This document shows positions 27,185 through 41,125 of a stretch of DNA of 64,000 nucleotides, one piece after another. The position numbers and the translations under genes were made by a program. The stretch covers positions 9,803,315 to 9,867,314 of the forward strand of contig OZ199840.1 of NCBI GenBank assembly GCA_964304625.1, written 5' to 3'. This DNA comes from Kudoa neothunni (Eukaryota; Animalia; Cnidaria). The notes beneath the pieces were generated by a model. It was given only the letters and a program-made list of their open reading frames with translations, ran no database searches and had not been told where the DNA came from. Numbering within the stretch: the first letter of the stretch is position 1; each line of letters starts with the position of its first letter.

Positions 27185-29320
27185 CCCTCCGAGCGCCTGA
27201 AAATCGACTTTACACATTACTTCTATTGGGGTCAAATGGACCCCGCATTTTTTTAGCTTAAATTATAGATAAAAATGAACTAAGTCATTTACTAGAGTAT
27301 GAGAGAAAAATATCAATAAAATATTAGAAATATTACAATTATAACACTGCCAGTTGTTAACGATGATCACAGAAACATTTAAAACGTTAAATTAGGCATC
27401 AAATTAAACGAGTTTAGCTTCTTTTTTTAATATAATAGGTTTTAATAAAAAATATATATCATTCCCCGTTAAGTCGATCTTAAAAATTGTTTCCTTCATA
27501 ATTAATTTCTTAATAATCACGCCCAACAATACCCGCAATAAATATTGTTCCAAAATACATAGAATGCGAGATATTTATCTTATTTTGTTTTTTTATATTG
27601 AAAAATATCACTGAAACAACTTTTGAACTGCTTTCATTGCGGATGGCTCTACAAACAAAATAAAAAAGTCTTCGCTTTTCTATCTCGAGATCTCGAACAA
27701 TAACAGCATCACACGCGACAAAGAAATTCTATTATGCAATTATAATTTTTATCAACGCGAATTTTGTTTCTCTGAATATAACCTTTCGCTAAACCATCTA
27801 CAAGTGCATCTGTAAATTTAACTCTTGAACAATTGAGATCATAGAAAACAGTTATACAGATAAAATGAATGAACCAAGTTAATACCAACCATAATGAAGA
27901 ATACTGATGTTGACCATCGATTCGTTTACTTTAGACACTCGTTGTAGCGATAATGTGATCCACTGTTTCTACTCCTCCTTTTTGACGATTATATTTTAGA
28001 TTAACAACGGGTTTTTTCATAATGAACCGGAGGTTGTTAGTAGTAAAACTGCTTTACCTTTATAGGATCATAGGAACGTTGGAGATTAGTATTAGTTTTT
28101 GATTAAACAAAAGTGTACTGAAACTTCGCGTTTTGAATCTCTATTGAGATAATTTGTAATATCACTTTTATTATTTCGGATTGTTCCAGTCATTCCCCGT
28201 GTAAGATTTTTTGGCCAATTGAAACAGAAGTAAAGAAATTTTCACAAATTACACTTCTCCCACTTTCCATCAATGATGACAGAAGATCTTGAACAATATC
28301 TCCTCAATATTCTCTGACATTTCATTATTATTTTTGTCCAAATATACAGGAAAGTTATGAGTGTACTTGATCTCGGGATTGGTACGGAGAAAATACTTAA
28401 TTCCGCATATTGCCGGCTTGGACAGTATACGTAGCGCGGAGGTAAATTTTCCCTAAAAGCAAATAGCTACTGGTCAATGGTCAAATTCTCCTGGGAGTAA
28501 TAAGTAATAAAGTTCGGAACAACAATCTTTCCAACCCTTAAAATATCACAAATGGGGGGGAGAACTCATCCATAATTCCTCAAGCTTCTCTGGTTTTGAA
28601 TTCTTCATAATGAATGACCCTCAAAATTTGATTAAACCTATTTATGGCATAATCTTTCGAAAAATATCCCTTCGTTTCCTAACACTCCGAAACAATTTGA
28701 ATCATTCTAGTTAAGATTTAAAAATGGGAATACAATTTTGGATTCCCAAATTAACTATCAAATCTTGTTTTGAAAAGTCTTCAAATAATTCAGATAATTA
28801 AAATTGGTAAACGTTAATGTTCGAAATAACAGTTGAGAAAATAGATCCACCATAAAATATGAGGAATGATCATCTAAGAAGGTGAATCTGTTTGAAACAT
28901 ATGAAATCGAACCTGGATACTATGAAAAATATTTCGTTTAAAGCTTTTAATTATTGGAAGTTTTTCGGAAAACCAATAAATATCATATTTATCTTCGTAA
29001 AAGTTTCGACAGCGTTTATTATCTTCAGAAACAGAATGACATAAATATCTAAATTATCAAAAGATATCTTAAAATTCATCCAAAATGTTACAGTCAGAAT
29101 TACTTATGGCAGCGTTTTACTCGTCGGCAATGGTCTGTATTTAACGTATGTAAGGTTTTTTCAATTTTTCTCTGTTTTTTCACGATAAAATTTTATTTAA
29201 TTCACAAAAACTGTTGTAAAAGATTTTTTTTATTGTTTGGTAGAAACAAACGTGGGGTCGATTGGATTTCAAAAGAAGGAATGTGTAAGTATTTTGATTA
29301 TTTCGTTACCTGAAGGCAAA
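27185..29320 (-). mobile_element. Decayed piggyBac transposon
   Basis: Minus-strand remnants NLTIDQ*LFAFR, ILSKPAICGIKYF and YNRQKGGVETVDH; terminus TTAG|CCCT with ggggtcaaatggacccc palindrome. Right boundary approximate. Confidence 0.8.
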
Positions 29321-30456
29321 AATTAAAATTTTCCGTTATATTTTAGTAGAATTTATATTTTTAGGAGAATGGATGTGATCTTAAATCATATAATGAAATA
29401 TAAGGTCCTCTAAAACTGATTCAAACATCCATTGGGATCCAATTGACCGTAAATCCTCACGTACAAGCCGCACCCAAACTTTGAAGATTGTATTCTGGTT
29501 TACAGGTATACAGCATGTATAAGCCGCGCCCACCACGCCAAACTAATTTTATTCGTCATCCCAGTACATTCTTTCATTAATTTAACATAGTTAATTTTAC
29601 CTAGTCACATAAGTCATTCGTCAAGTCTGTCGTCACACGCATGAGTTGGCTGACTAAGTTGTAATTAGTCCTTTAAAAAATCGAAGGTGATTATGTGTTG
29701 AAGTAGGTTTATAAAATATGACGTAATATTTCACTTTATATTCAAAAACTAGAGAATAAATGTTTATTTTTAGGTTTTACACAATTTTTATATTGTTGAG
29801 ATAAAAAAATACTTTTGACTTATTGTCTTCCATGATTGATTTACCCATAAAATGCTAAAAAATCGTATATTTTGATTTGCGACGATTACTCTACTTTTAA
29901 GTTAATTTTAATTTAACAAATTTATTGAATATTTTTGGTTTTAGTCACTTAATATACCAATATTAAAAGAGAACTTAATAAAATAAATTAAAAATTTTCA
30001 TGTTGGAAATTTTGAACAAATATTGTTATAACTTTTTTTTACTCATGGATAAACTATGTAAAAAAAATTATGAACTAAAAACCATATTAAATTAAGCCAT
30101 AGTTAAATTGAAATATCCTCCTTCTAATTTTGAATAGAATAAATCAGAAAGTTCTGTTTTTAAAATAAGAAGTCAAGATTGAACATTTACAAGCATATTA
30201 CTAACAGATACAAATAAAAAAAATTAAGTGAAAAATTAACGACGTCGAATTTGTTAAAATTATACAGATATAAAAATTGTTTGAGTTGAGTTGAATTAAA
30301 TAATGTAATTTTTTGTGAGAAGATCAAAAATGGAAAAATTTTTGGAAAAGAAGTGAATTAACAGGACGAATTGTGGGAAACGACTTCATTTCCGATTTTG
30401 TATGCGACACCACCCCAAATCCGTAAACGTATTATGTAGTACTGCAGTTTATTCGA

Positions 30457-32216
30457 TATTTTCAATTTCACTCAATATCAATTCAGCACAATTTTTAAAA
30501 ATTGAGTGGTGAGAAAACAACATAAAAATTATTAAATCAAATTATCACTTTTTTACTAGTCGTGCCCATTCGTATGTGTCATGAACGTGGATTACGAACT
30601 CGGGACACGATTACTTAATCGCTTTAATTTTATTTTTTGCATCAAGTTCACTGTTTTTGATTTAAATGATATTAAACTACATATTTTAATAGTGTTCATG
30701 GATTTACTGTAAAAATGAACGAGTTCTTATAATCAATTGTTCACTCGTTAATTTTACGCGTACGTTTTGCAATAATTTCTTTAAATTAAGTTTACGTGTG
30801 CCTATGTAATTCTTTTAGTTTACGTATTTTTCAAATAAAATTTGATCATGTTTAAAACACGTTTTTTGAAAAATCCATCTATATTCACCAGATATTCCGT
30901 CAATATTGATCTACCTTTTAAAGTTTCACATATAAACATCGCAAAATATCTTCTAACAGTTAAGGCATTTATTCTTAGTTTCTAATAAAGTGCGAAAAAT
31001 AAAAAAATTTTTGAAACATATATTATTTGTTTACTACCAAATCAAAAGTTTAATGTAGTTTGTACAATTTAAAATAAATATATGACAGTTGGTGAATATT
31101 AGAGCTTTAATTGTATTTTGTTAAATAAGTATTGCATAAAAACATGGATGGTTTACGGTATTGAAAAAATATCACTTTAAAATTAAACCTTTTTCCATTA
31201 TCCAACAAATTCCAAAACTTATTAACTTGTCAATATAATTAAGAAGTTCATAAAACCTTTGGGTAAAAATTTCTTCCATCACAACATTAGCATTATAATT
31301 TGGCGCGAATTATAAGGATCTGTTTATAATAGAGACCGGCAATCACCGACTCGCGAAGGTGTCGAAAATGATATTAAAAATTTATTAGTTAACGATTACA
31401 ACGTTAACAATATGTCCTATTTTTTTAATCACAATTTCAATTCGTAACACATTACACAAAATAACAAGGTTTCACTTAAACATTACTTTCGATTTAAATA
31501 GGAATGTATATACTAACATTATTATATAAACATTCACCTATAATAAATAACTTTAAATTGATTCTTACTGATAATATTTCAAAAAACTTAAACAATGTCC
31601 CGCGTTAACGGAAGATGATTCCGCGATACTGTTTATTATACATGTTTCCATTATGCGAGAATTGAAAAAATAATTTCTTCTATTTTATATGAAGTTATGG
31701 TAATAATAGATAATTTGTTATATAATAAAAATAAACAGACATTATCTTAGCAAGTTCAGTAGATCCTGCTAGAGTTGCATGTTTTTGTGTTAACCGACCC
31801 GCGCCTTATCTACCGTTTGGCATTTTGACCCCACATCCCGAATCGGTTACCGAGGACTGTTTTTATCGGAGAAATAACGTTCAAAAACAAAGAAATTCTG
31901 GTCATTAATCTTAAATTATAAATAAATATGCCTGTACGAAATAAATATCCCAATCAAATCAAACTTTTTAAACTCAAAACCGAAAAAAATTCGTTCATGT
32001 ACATTGCATAAGAAATCGAACTAATTTTCAATGAATAAAGAGCGAACAAACCCAGGTAAAACTATATTTAAGACGATAACGAGGATCCGCAACACATTTG
32101 AAATGCCACGACTAGTAAAAAAATGATAATTTTATTTAATAATTTTTGATGTTGTTTTCTCATCATTCAATATTTAAAAATTGTGCTAAGTTGATATTGA
32201 GTGAAATAGAGATAAT
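30457..32216. mobile_element. Non-autonomous element bounded by ~115-bp inverted repeats
   Basis: ~30457-30570 is an imperfect reverse complement of ~32101-32216; no coding capacity between them. Confidence 0.6.
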
Positions 32217-32347
32217 GGTGCATGCGCAACACCGTTAAATTTTGGCGCCACACACTCCGTGATTACCCAGATGTGACTTTTAGCGACCTACCTCGCTTTG
32301 GTCTGATAACGACTGCAAAATCAGCTTCATCTAAAAAGATTATGTTC

Positions 32348-32760
32348 TCATGTCGTACCGATATTTTCAAATTGCAAAACATGTCGATGTATTCTTTCCA
32401 GGGTTGATTCACAATTTCTCCTTTCAGGCACGATCACTAGAGTTTTGAGAGTATAGTGAAATTCATCAATCACTCGATCTATAGTGCTAATAGACACATT
32501 TAAATCGAGTTCATCCAAAACCTTTTGCTTGAGCTCCTTTAACGTTATCTTGGAGTTTTCGTCCATCCATGAAATAATTTTTTCTTTCTGTTTTAATAAC
32601 GAAATAGAGCGTTTGTCGCCTCGTCTAGGTTTCAGTTCGATGACTCCTGTCTTTTGAAATTTCGAAATTATTGTGGCCACAGTAGGATAGACCTTGATAA
32701 CTTGATTTGGGAGGCAATCGCAGTAGTGCTCGTTCCAAAAAAAAAATAAGCTCATGTCTT
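32348..32760 (-). mobile_element. Truncated Tc1/IS630-like transposase (HTH region)
   Basis: ITLKELKQKVLDELDLNVSISTIDRVIDEFHYTLKTLVIVPERRNCESTLE is homologous to the neighbouring element. Confidence 0.75.
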
Positions 32761-33099
32761 TGCTCCCTTTTACCCATGGAAATCGTCGTCTTTTGCTTCC
32801 GTTCCTGCTTGGATATTTGAACAGGAGAAGTTTCATGTTCACAGGAATCTGAATCAGACGAGCCCTCGATATTACCATGATGACGATCAATAATTAATAT
32901 TACTTAATGTAGATAATGTACCAACTGCTATATTGATACAATATTATAATCAGAAGCTCGGATTTTTTTGGAAAAATAAATGATAATTTTTTAAAGCAAA
33001 AAAAAACTAATCCGCTCCTTAACGTTTAAGAAATACCCAATGATGTCCCATCCTTTTTATGTTTATGTTATGTTTTTTCATTAAATTAATGCAGTTTAT

Positions 33100-34169
33100 C
33101 AAAATTCTAAAGATTATGCTCTACATAATAATATAAGTAACATTCTGAGTTTTACTAATTGATTGCTTCATCGATGTTTTTTTGAGAAGTAGCAAATATC
33201 ATATCAAAGATGCAATTTCTTATCCATAACATTTTTTATATAATTATAGGGTTTCCGATCAATATGAGATTTTCTGCTTCTGCCCTTATAACCAAATTTT
33301 TCCACTAGGAAAAAGTATTCTCTGTAGGATTTAGGAACGGATAATACGGTGGCAGGAAAAACAATTTAAATTGGAATGAGTCAACTGTGTCATTGAGTCC
33401 GCTGTAATGATGGATACGTGCGTTATCAAGAATGAAAATCGGATTGTTTATATCCTTGAATAAACAGGCATTCTTTATTTCAATCAGACATTTTCTAAAA
33501 TCTTATCATTCATTGCCTTATCGTAAATTTTGTAATATATCATGCCATATTTATTCATAACAGACACAACCGAAATATTTCTACTCCAGGCAGAGGAAAC
33601 AGAAAGATAAGGCAAAACCCTTCTTGCCGAACTGCCTCTTTTCGGTCATGTCACCACCGAAAACCCTACCTCGTCCATAAATATGAAGGTTTTATCCTCT
33701 TTCTCCAGCTTATATTCTCTAAATTTTTTAGCATATTTGAATCTCGTTTCAACCGTGGATTCACAATTTCTTCTTTGGGAATCGGAACGGCAGATTTTAT
33801 TGTGTATTGGAAATATCGGATAATTCTGTCAACTGTACTTATGCTGACGGAGAGTCCAAACTTTTCACTGATTATTCTGATGATATCGCTCAGTCTCAGC
33901 AAACAATCGTGGTTAATTCAAATTTCTAATTTTTGATCGTAAGATAACTTAGACTTCCCTTCACCTCCACGTTTCTGAATGTTTACAACATCATTTCTGT
34001 TGTAGTTGTCGATTATTCTCCAAACGGACTTGTAGTTAAGTGACAGATTTTCAGAGATCTGTTTCGCCGATATTCCTTCCAACGATTTGTTTATGATTTT
34101 TACCCTATCATCATCGTTAATGCTCACCTTGTTTTTATTAGGTTGACTATTACCAGAATTAAATTCCAT
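33100..34169 (-). mobile_element. Tc1/IS630-like DDE transposase pseudogene
   Basis: HTH N-terminus followed by FIFMDEVGFS, IFILDNARIHH and FLPPYYPFLNPTENTFS, with stops and frameshifts. Confidence 0.88.
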
Positions 34170-34616
34170 CTTAAAAATATGAATATATGCAATATTTACA
34201 AGAGCATTTTAATAATATATAATTTATATAAACTAATTAATTAATAAGAAATACTTATTGACTTCGCCGCTTGACAGAATGTTCCTCGTAGTCTTACGTG
34301 ATTGTAACAAATCTAGCTATTAGGCAACTAAACTTACATCTCTTTTGCGGTGTTCACCTTAATTGGAAAAAGCCTTATTTTAAAAAGATGAGTCTCAGAT
34401 TTCCACGAAAAATCTCATATTGATCGGGAGACCTATAATACTAAAAAATAATGTGTTAATTCGATTATATCCATATATTGTTGTAACATGTGGATTATAA
34501 GGGTTGCACTCCATCAATCACAGATACGCGATCGAGAGCAGTGCGGTATGGCACCGTCGTCTTTTAATTCAAAGAACCTAGGTTCTAATCCCGGTTCGGA
34601 CCTTGTGTTGCAACTT

Positions 34617-34927
34617 TTATAAAATACACGAGGTTATAATAAACCAAATAATAAAATTCGTTAAATTTATCCACAGGCGACCTTCACAACCTCTTTTATA
34701 GCGTCTCCATATTTGGTGGTCCCTACATTTTTTATCCCCGGTATAAAAATAATGGTTGAACAAAATTTTATCGCATCCGCGTTTTGTTTGGAGCATGACG
34801 AATGAGTTTTCATTTTTTTCCATGTTGAAGATTATACACCCACAGCCATATGTGAACTAAACGCGCATGAAATAATATCACCGGCGAGTGCGGGGGAATC
34901 GCCAAAAATTCGCCGTATGTTTCCCTC
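34617..34927 (-). mobile_element. Mutator/MULE-like fragment (FLYWCH-type N-terminus plus putative terminus)
   Basis: TKRGCDKILFNHYFY...WRRYKRGCEGRLWI resembles the FLYWCH domain of MULE transposases; GC-rich terminal segment at 34880-34927. Confidence 0.55.
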
Positions 34928-37900
34928 TAATAACAATAAGATTCGTGTACTTAAAGTTTATTCCTGCCATCAAATCACATTATTTTAACTAATATAAATT
35001 ATTTCGGATAAATAATAATTTAAGGTATTCTTACATAATAAAACACACTTCATTATTTTTTTATCTCGCTTTAACTATTGATTACTAAATATGTTATGTA
35101 TTTAATACCACTTAAAATATCTTTAATATTAAATATATTTACTTTTACAATATGTTGGCATTGGAATTGAAAAACTATAATAATTTTACTAATAATTATT
35201 GAAAACAATTATATTAATAATTTAAGCGACGAAGAAAATATTAAATAAAACTTTCTTAAGTCGATACTTATAAACTTGGTCTTATAATAAGTCTAGTTAA
35301 CATAATAAATTACACAACAAAAATTGTAACCAATTCATTATTTTATTATATTAAATATAATAAGGTTAATCTTCAAATTTTCAAAATATTTCCATCTAGC
35401 TGCACAAATAAACCTTATGAATGTTTATTAAAAAGATTTAAACTGTTAATCATTAATAAAAGATGGCTAAGTACATATTTATTGGCAATAAACTTGTAAT
35501 TTTTTACTTATTTTTATAATATTTTATCACGATTAATATTATAATAATACTAGAAAGTATTAATTAGGCTAGTATAAAATATTAAATGGAGTATTAATTA
35601 AAATGTTTAACGATAAAAGATAGCCTAAACTTTTAAGTAAACATAAGTAGGAAGACTTGGAATTAGTTTTTATAGAAATATTGGATAAAATAAGCAATTA
35701 TAAAATATTCATTTAAATTAGTTATGAATCATGATAAATAATATTATTCTTTATCTACTAATAAAATGAATATTTGTATCATTTTTACTTATTTCTGTAG
35801 GCCATAAAACCTCCTATTCCTCCGATAACTATAATTGCAACAACAACCGACACTATAATGCTAAACGAAAAAATTAACAAACAACTACTCACATCACATA
35901 CATTGTTTTATTGCCTGACCTATAAAATAATAATCACATAAAAAAATAATTATAAAATAAATTTACGTTGATTTGCTACCAGATGCACCTAAAATTAGAG
36001 TTATACAATATTTCTAAGTATTTAAGAATAGGATTACCTTTATCGATTTCAGCTGTACCAAATACTGACCTATCCCTGCTGTAGTATACGGTCAGATGAT
36101 AGTCGTTTAGATCCTCAACATTTTCAATCGTAAAAGTCTTACAATTCGGAAGGGTCGTACAATCACCTCCTCCGTTACTCACACATTTTTTAACGGTTGG
36201 TCTAGCCACGTCGTTTGAATTAATTAACACCCATTTACATTTTGACTCTCCATCTATTCCAACTGGAAGTGTGGTCGTTATCTGTAATGTTTTATCGTCA
36301 CGTACTATACTAACAAACAATTTTTTTGTTAGATCAGTTGGGTCTTCAACTATTGGCTCTAAATTATATTTTTTAGTAATCGTTAATGATGTATAATTTT
36401 TAATATATATTGTAAAATAATAACTTGGGGCTAGAATGATAGAAGTTTCTTCAGAACGATCAACAGCTGTAACCAAAATTTTATATTCTTTCGAAGCATC
36501 GTAACCTTCACTGAATATAATATTGTTACAATATGGTACTTCGGAGCATGATTTAGTATCGTTCGATGTAGTTTCTGACGATTGTTCTACTGTACCAACT
36601 CTTGCAATGGAAACATTTTCGACATTAATTAATGATTCAGCCAATGGTGATTGAATTGGTTCTGCAGGACATGAATATATTGTATCCCACGATTCTCCAT
36701 TTTTAACAGTGATTTTATAATGGCATTTCGCGTCACTAATCGGTGTAGACAATTTTCCTATCACTTTATATCCTTTGTCCAATGTTCCCTTCGTAAGAGT
36801 AAGAGTCGAATAAGCTATCGTATTTATATAAATAATAGATCATTTAACTATAGTACTCGTTTTAATATTTGTGAATGTGGTAGAACCATATTCTTCATAA
36901 GCAACCACTTTAATATCGTAGGTAGTATTGGGTTCGAGATTAATCAAGGTCTTGGACTCCTTACATAAACCTCTACAAGGATTACTATCTGAACAAGTTG
37001 CCTCCACAAATTTATTTTTTTCTGCTATACTGACAAAGTAATCACATGTGGGTTCAGTTGCTTCGGTTCCGGGATCACCGACAATTGCTTTAACTATGCT
37101 AGTCGAATCACCCGCAGTAGGTTTTGCAGTATCAAAACTTTTGTCCGTTTTTTTATCTTAAATTATTAATGAATTCGAATATTATGATTATATTGTTACT
37201 TGTTTGGACGAAAATATATTCCTTAAAATCTGCATAATTTGTTATAGTAGTAGTAGATGCAACTACTATCATTATAGGTCTTCCTTCCGGTAAACCTGTA
37301 ACCGTGTGGGCAGCGGCACAAACGGTAGGGCAATTGGTACCGCTACCTGATGTGCAAGTTGGAGCTTTGGTATAAGAAGTTCTAGTAGTATCGGCATGGT
37401 AGTATTTAATTGCACATTCAGTAAATTTTTCGACATTACCATCTGGCGCGAATAATTTCAAATTTATTTTCACCCCTGCGTCCCCCCATTGTTATTAGTG
37501 CATGTTCGTTTTCACTTGGTTCGACAATGGCTATTAAAGCATTAAAAAAGTTTTACTTAATTTTTTACCAAATTTTATATATTTAAATCCTTCAAATGTA
37601 TCGTCTCCTTGTGTTGCTAATTTGTGGTGTCTTTTCTGGACCAATATTTCAACAATTGGCTTTGTTTGATCAAGTGTGAGTTCTACGTCGTTACAGGGAG
37701 CGTAGCATAGTTTGTCAGTCCCTCCGCATTTTGAGGAAAAGGCAGTTGGTTGTGCAGATGTAGCAGCTGGCGCATCCCGGATACTAAATAAGCATATCTC
37801 ACTAGGAATTGGATTAGTAAATTTAAGTTGATATTTAGTATTCGCATCCGCAGATTTGTATCTAACGTAGAATTGTGGCTTGTAAATGTCAATATTTTCT

Positions 37901-39990
37901 TTCATATAATAGTTTGGCATGTGGTAGTAGAAAATCGGGTAATCAGTGCATCTCACTTCAAAATAAGGTATTTTTACGCCATATTCAACCGCGTCAATAT
38001 TCTGTCCACTTGCAGATTCCGTACAACTAGTTCCTTTAGGCACTTCTTTATATTTTATTCCTTTATAATAAATTGGACAAGCTGCTGGTTTACAAGTTGT
38101 GGCTTTTAACCTCAGTAAATAATCATCATGCGTGGATGCCGCTATTTTTGGATCCACTAATAGTGCTAAGAATTCATTAATAATGAAAATTACCCAGTTA
38201 TCATACGTATTGCTAAACCAAACACTTTGGCTCCATTTTGAACACCATCCGCTTTTAGGTCACTTGCAGATGCTGCATCTTTTATATAAATATATTTTGA
38301 TCTGGGTGAAAGCTTGTTATATTCCAAAATATTGTCTTTCCCAGCACAAGTTCGGATACACTTATTATTAACGTCATTTTCATTACCTTCACATCTTTCG
38401 AAATCTTCATAGGTTGTACCCAATGAATTTTCTCGCATTATTCGGCATTTTTTACTGTTTTGATAATCCGTTCCTTTCAGCTCGATATGAAATTTAAAAT
38501 TGCCGACAGTGGCCTCATGTATCTGATAATACACTTCTCTAGTAGGAGCAGATGCTGAAGCGTCAGCTGAGTAACATTCATTCGAAACTGAACAATAATT
38601 ACTAAGTAAAAGATATAATTAATTTACGTGAAAATATAATGAGAAAAGAGTGAAGAATTATATTCGGAGTCATTACAAATTAAACCAAAAAAGTGTATCC
38701 GTTATAATATCGATTCCTTTATTATACTTCGTGATTCAATTCAAAGTATTCTATGAATACTTCCGCAAATCATTCATATCTTCTCTATTGTTAATAATCT
38801 CAGATATGACTTTAGATATGATTTGTGATAAACTATATGAAAATTCATTAATTTATTTTGTAAATGTTGATTGTTCTTTAAATGTTTGATCTATTTTTAA
38901 TATTTATGACATAATTTTACTGCAAAAGATTATACAATTTTATCAACCATTAATTTTTTATTTTCTGCCTAGTTAAACTTTATATAAAATTTTTTATTGA
39001 ATACGTGCATAAATATAATATAATTAAACAAATTTGTGTATGATTGCCTATTTATTTTTTTGTTAGATACGATTTATCCTAAAAATAATATATCTTGTTT
39101 CATTAATTAGAAGCTAAAGATATTGTTAGGTACGATTGTCTCGTTTATTTTAATTACGTATCGTTTTGTTAAATAATCCACATTTTTGCCTATTTTTTTG
39201 TTGTTATATGCATTACCTTTTCATAACTAACTAACTAACGAAAGAGCAATAGCACATCAATCATTAGAATTGTCATTTTATTATTTAATCACAATTAAAT
39301 CAAGATATATATCCACGAATAATAATTCGAATAGTCAATTATATCTCTTAAGTATATTTAGATAAAATTCTTATTAGTATTTAAAGAATAAATATTATCA
39401 TAAATAGCTATATTTTAAACTTTATAAAAAAATTTAGCAATAACTTTAAAATTCAACGAATAATATAGAATAATAATATATTTTAATAATTTTAACTTCG
39501 AATTTATCAAAAATGTTGCAATCGTTTTTTCGTATATATTAACAACATAAAGACAAACAATTTAATCAAACAAAATAAAATGTTTTTTAAATAAATTTCT
39601 TTTAAATTATAAATCTGTTTAAAAAGCTTATTAAGGTTTCGAATAATGTATTTATACGTATTTTTATAATTAGTTAACTTATTATTTTAATTATTTTTAA
39701 TAATTTTTAACACAGACGTTAACAATAAAAGTAAATGTAAAAACGTGAATTTTCTTAATTGCTCAAAGTAGCATTATAATTTCTTTTTCAATAGATCCCA
39801 TTAGGCTAAGTTAAAAATTCTACCTTCAGCCTCTGTACAGAAAATATATAATAAAAATTTGTATCATTATGAATACTGTCATCAATTTAAGAAAAAATAT
39901 AAAAAAATAATCCAATTATTTAGAATTGAAAAATGACTTACTATATTTTTATTTTCATAAATTAAGTCATTTCTACGAGATTTCCTGTTT
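34928..39990 (-). repeat. ~5-kb segmental duplication unit (copy 4 with flanks), paired with ~51447-56690
   Basis: Both the downstream (~850 bp) and upstream (~1.3 kb) non-coding flanks align nearly base for base with those of copy 5. Confidence 0.9.
35785..38673 (-). CDS. Cys-rich FN3-like type I membrane protein, copy 4
   Basis: Same exon structure; N-terminus MTPNIILHSFLIIFSLSNECYS; C-terminus ..LIGGIGG-type TM helix then FMAYRNK*. Confidence 0.9.
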
Positions 39991-41125
39991 AATAAAGCTA
40001 AGGGATGTTCAACATTATACAAAAATTATTTTCAGTGAATAAAATTCAGCGCAAATGTATTTATAACTAATTTTTCGTATAATAATTTATAACGAAAAAT
40101 TTGAAAAAATTTCCTTAGGTCTGGTCTAGTCTAATTTAAAGATTCAAAATATTTTTGCATATAAATAATTAATATATATTTACTGTAATACTCGAAAAGT
40201 TTAATTATAATAAGTTTCAGTTTAATATTAACTTATTAATAGGGGTGAATTTGAATAATGATAAAAAATAATTTTTAAATTAAAAAAATATCGAAAATAT
40301 GTGAGCAATTATAATTATTTTGCCTCATTAAAAATTATAAATGTATACGGCTATGCCCAATGAGGAATTAATAATATTTTTAAAGTAGTTTTTTCTGCTG
40401 TATCTTTGGTTCCTTTATTTCTTTATTTGGCCGAAGAAGATTCGAAACAAGAAAATTAGTACATAGTGATGATTTTTGTATATCAGACTATTTCATTATC
40501 CACATATTTTTATTAAAAATAATGATATACCCGTAATGTTAATGCTACATTTGAACGTGGTAATAAGTTTTGCGACAATAATAATACGAATAAATGCGTT
40601 TACCTTAAGATTTTTTAGTTTATATTATGACCTAATGAATCATATTATGATCTTAAAAATATCATGCCGCTCGCGAGCTACGAGTTGTCTGTTTCTATCC
40701 GAAATAAACTGTGCAAATACTTAATATAACTTAATTATAAAAATTAACTGATTAAATTAGTATTATATTATTATTATCTCTATATAAGAAATTACAAATA
40801 AAAATTTATGTTAAATAAATAATAAATCTAACGACTTTTAATACATATACCTAAATTAAATTTTTATATCAAGTGAAATACATAAACTAAGACTGTCGGT
40901 CACTAATAAATTAATATTAAAATAGAAAAGATTAAACAATATTAATAAAACGAGTATATACTGGCGATATTAATTTTAAAGAAAAAAATATATCAAAATT
41001 AAAATAATATTATAGTGAGATAATAAATACTATTCTAAATATAAATTTATGCTCTAAATCCTAAATAATATCATTAGTAGTGATAATTGAGTCTGCAGTG
41101 TCTGATCAGGATGATTTGATAGGGG

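Noticed and set aside
29447-29535. pogo/Tc1-like end motif (ccgtaaat..gtacaagccgcacc, repeated)
   Set aside because: Only one end is visible, so the element cannot be delimited.
34528-34602. tRNA-like sequence (GGTTCTAATCCC B-box-like motif)
   Set aside because: No convincing acceptor stem or cloverleaf; at most a decayed tRNA or SINE fragment. tRNAscan-SE would decide.
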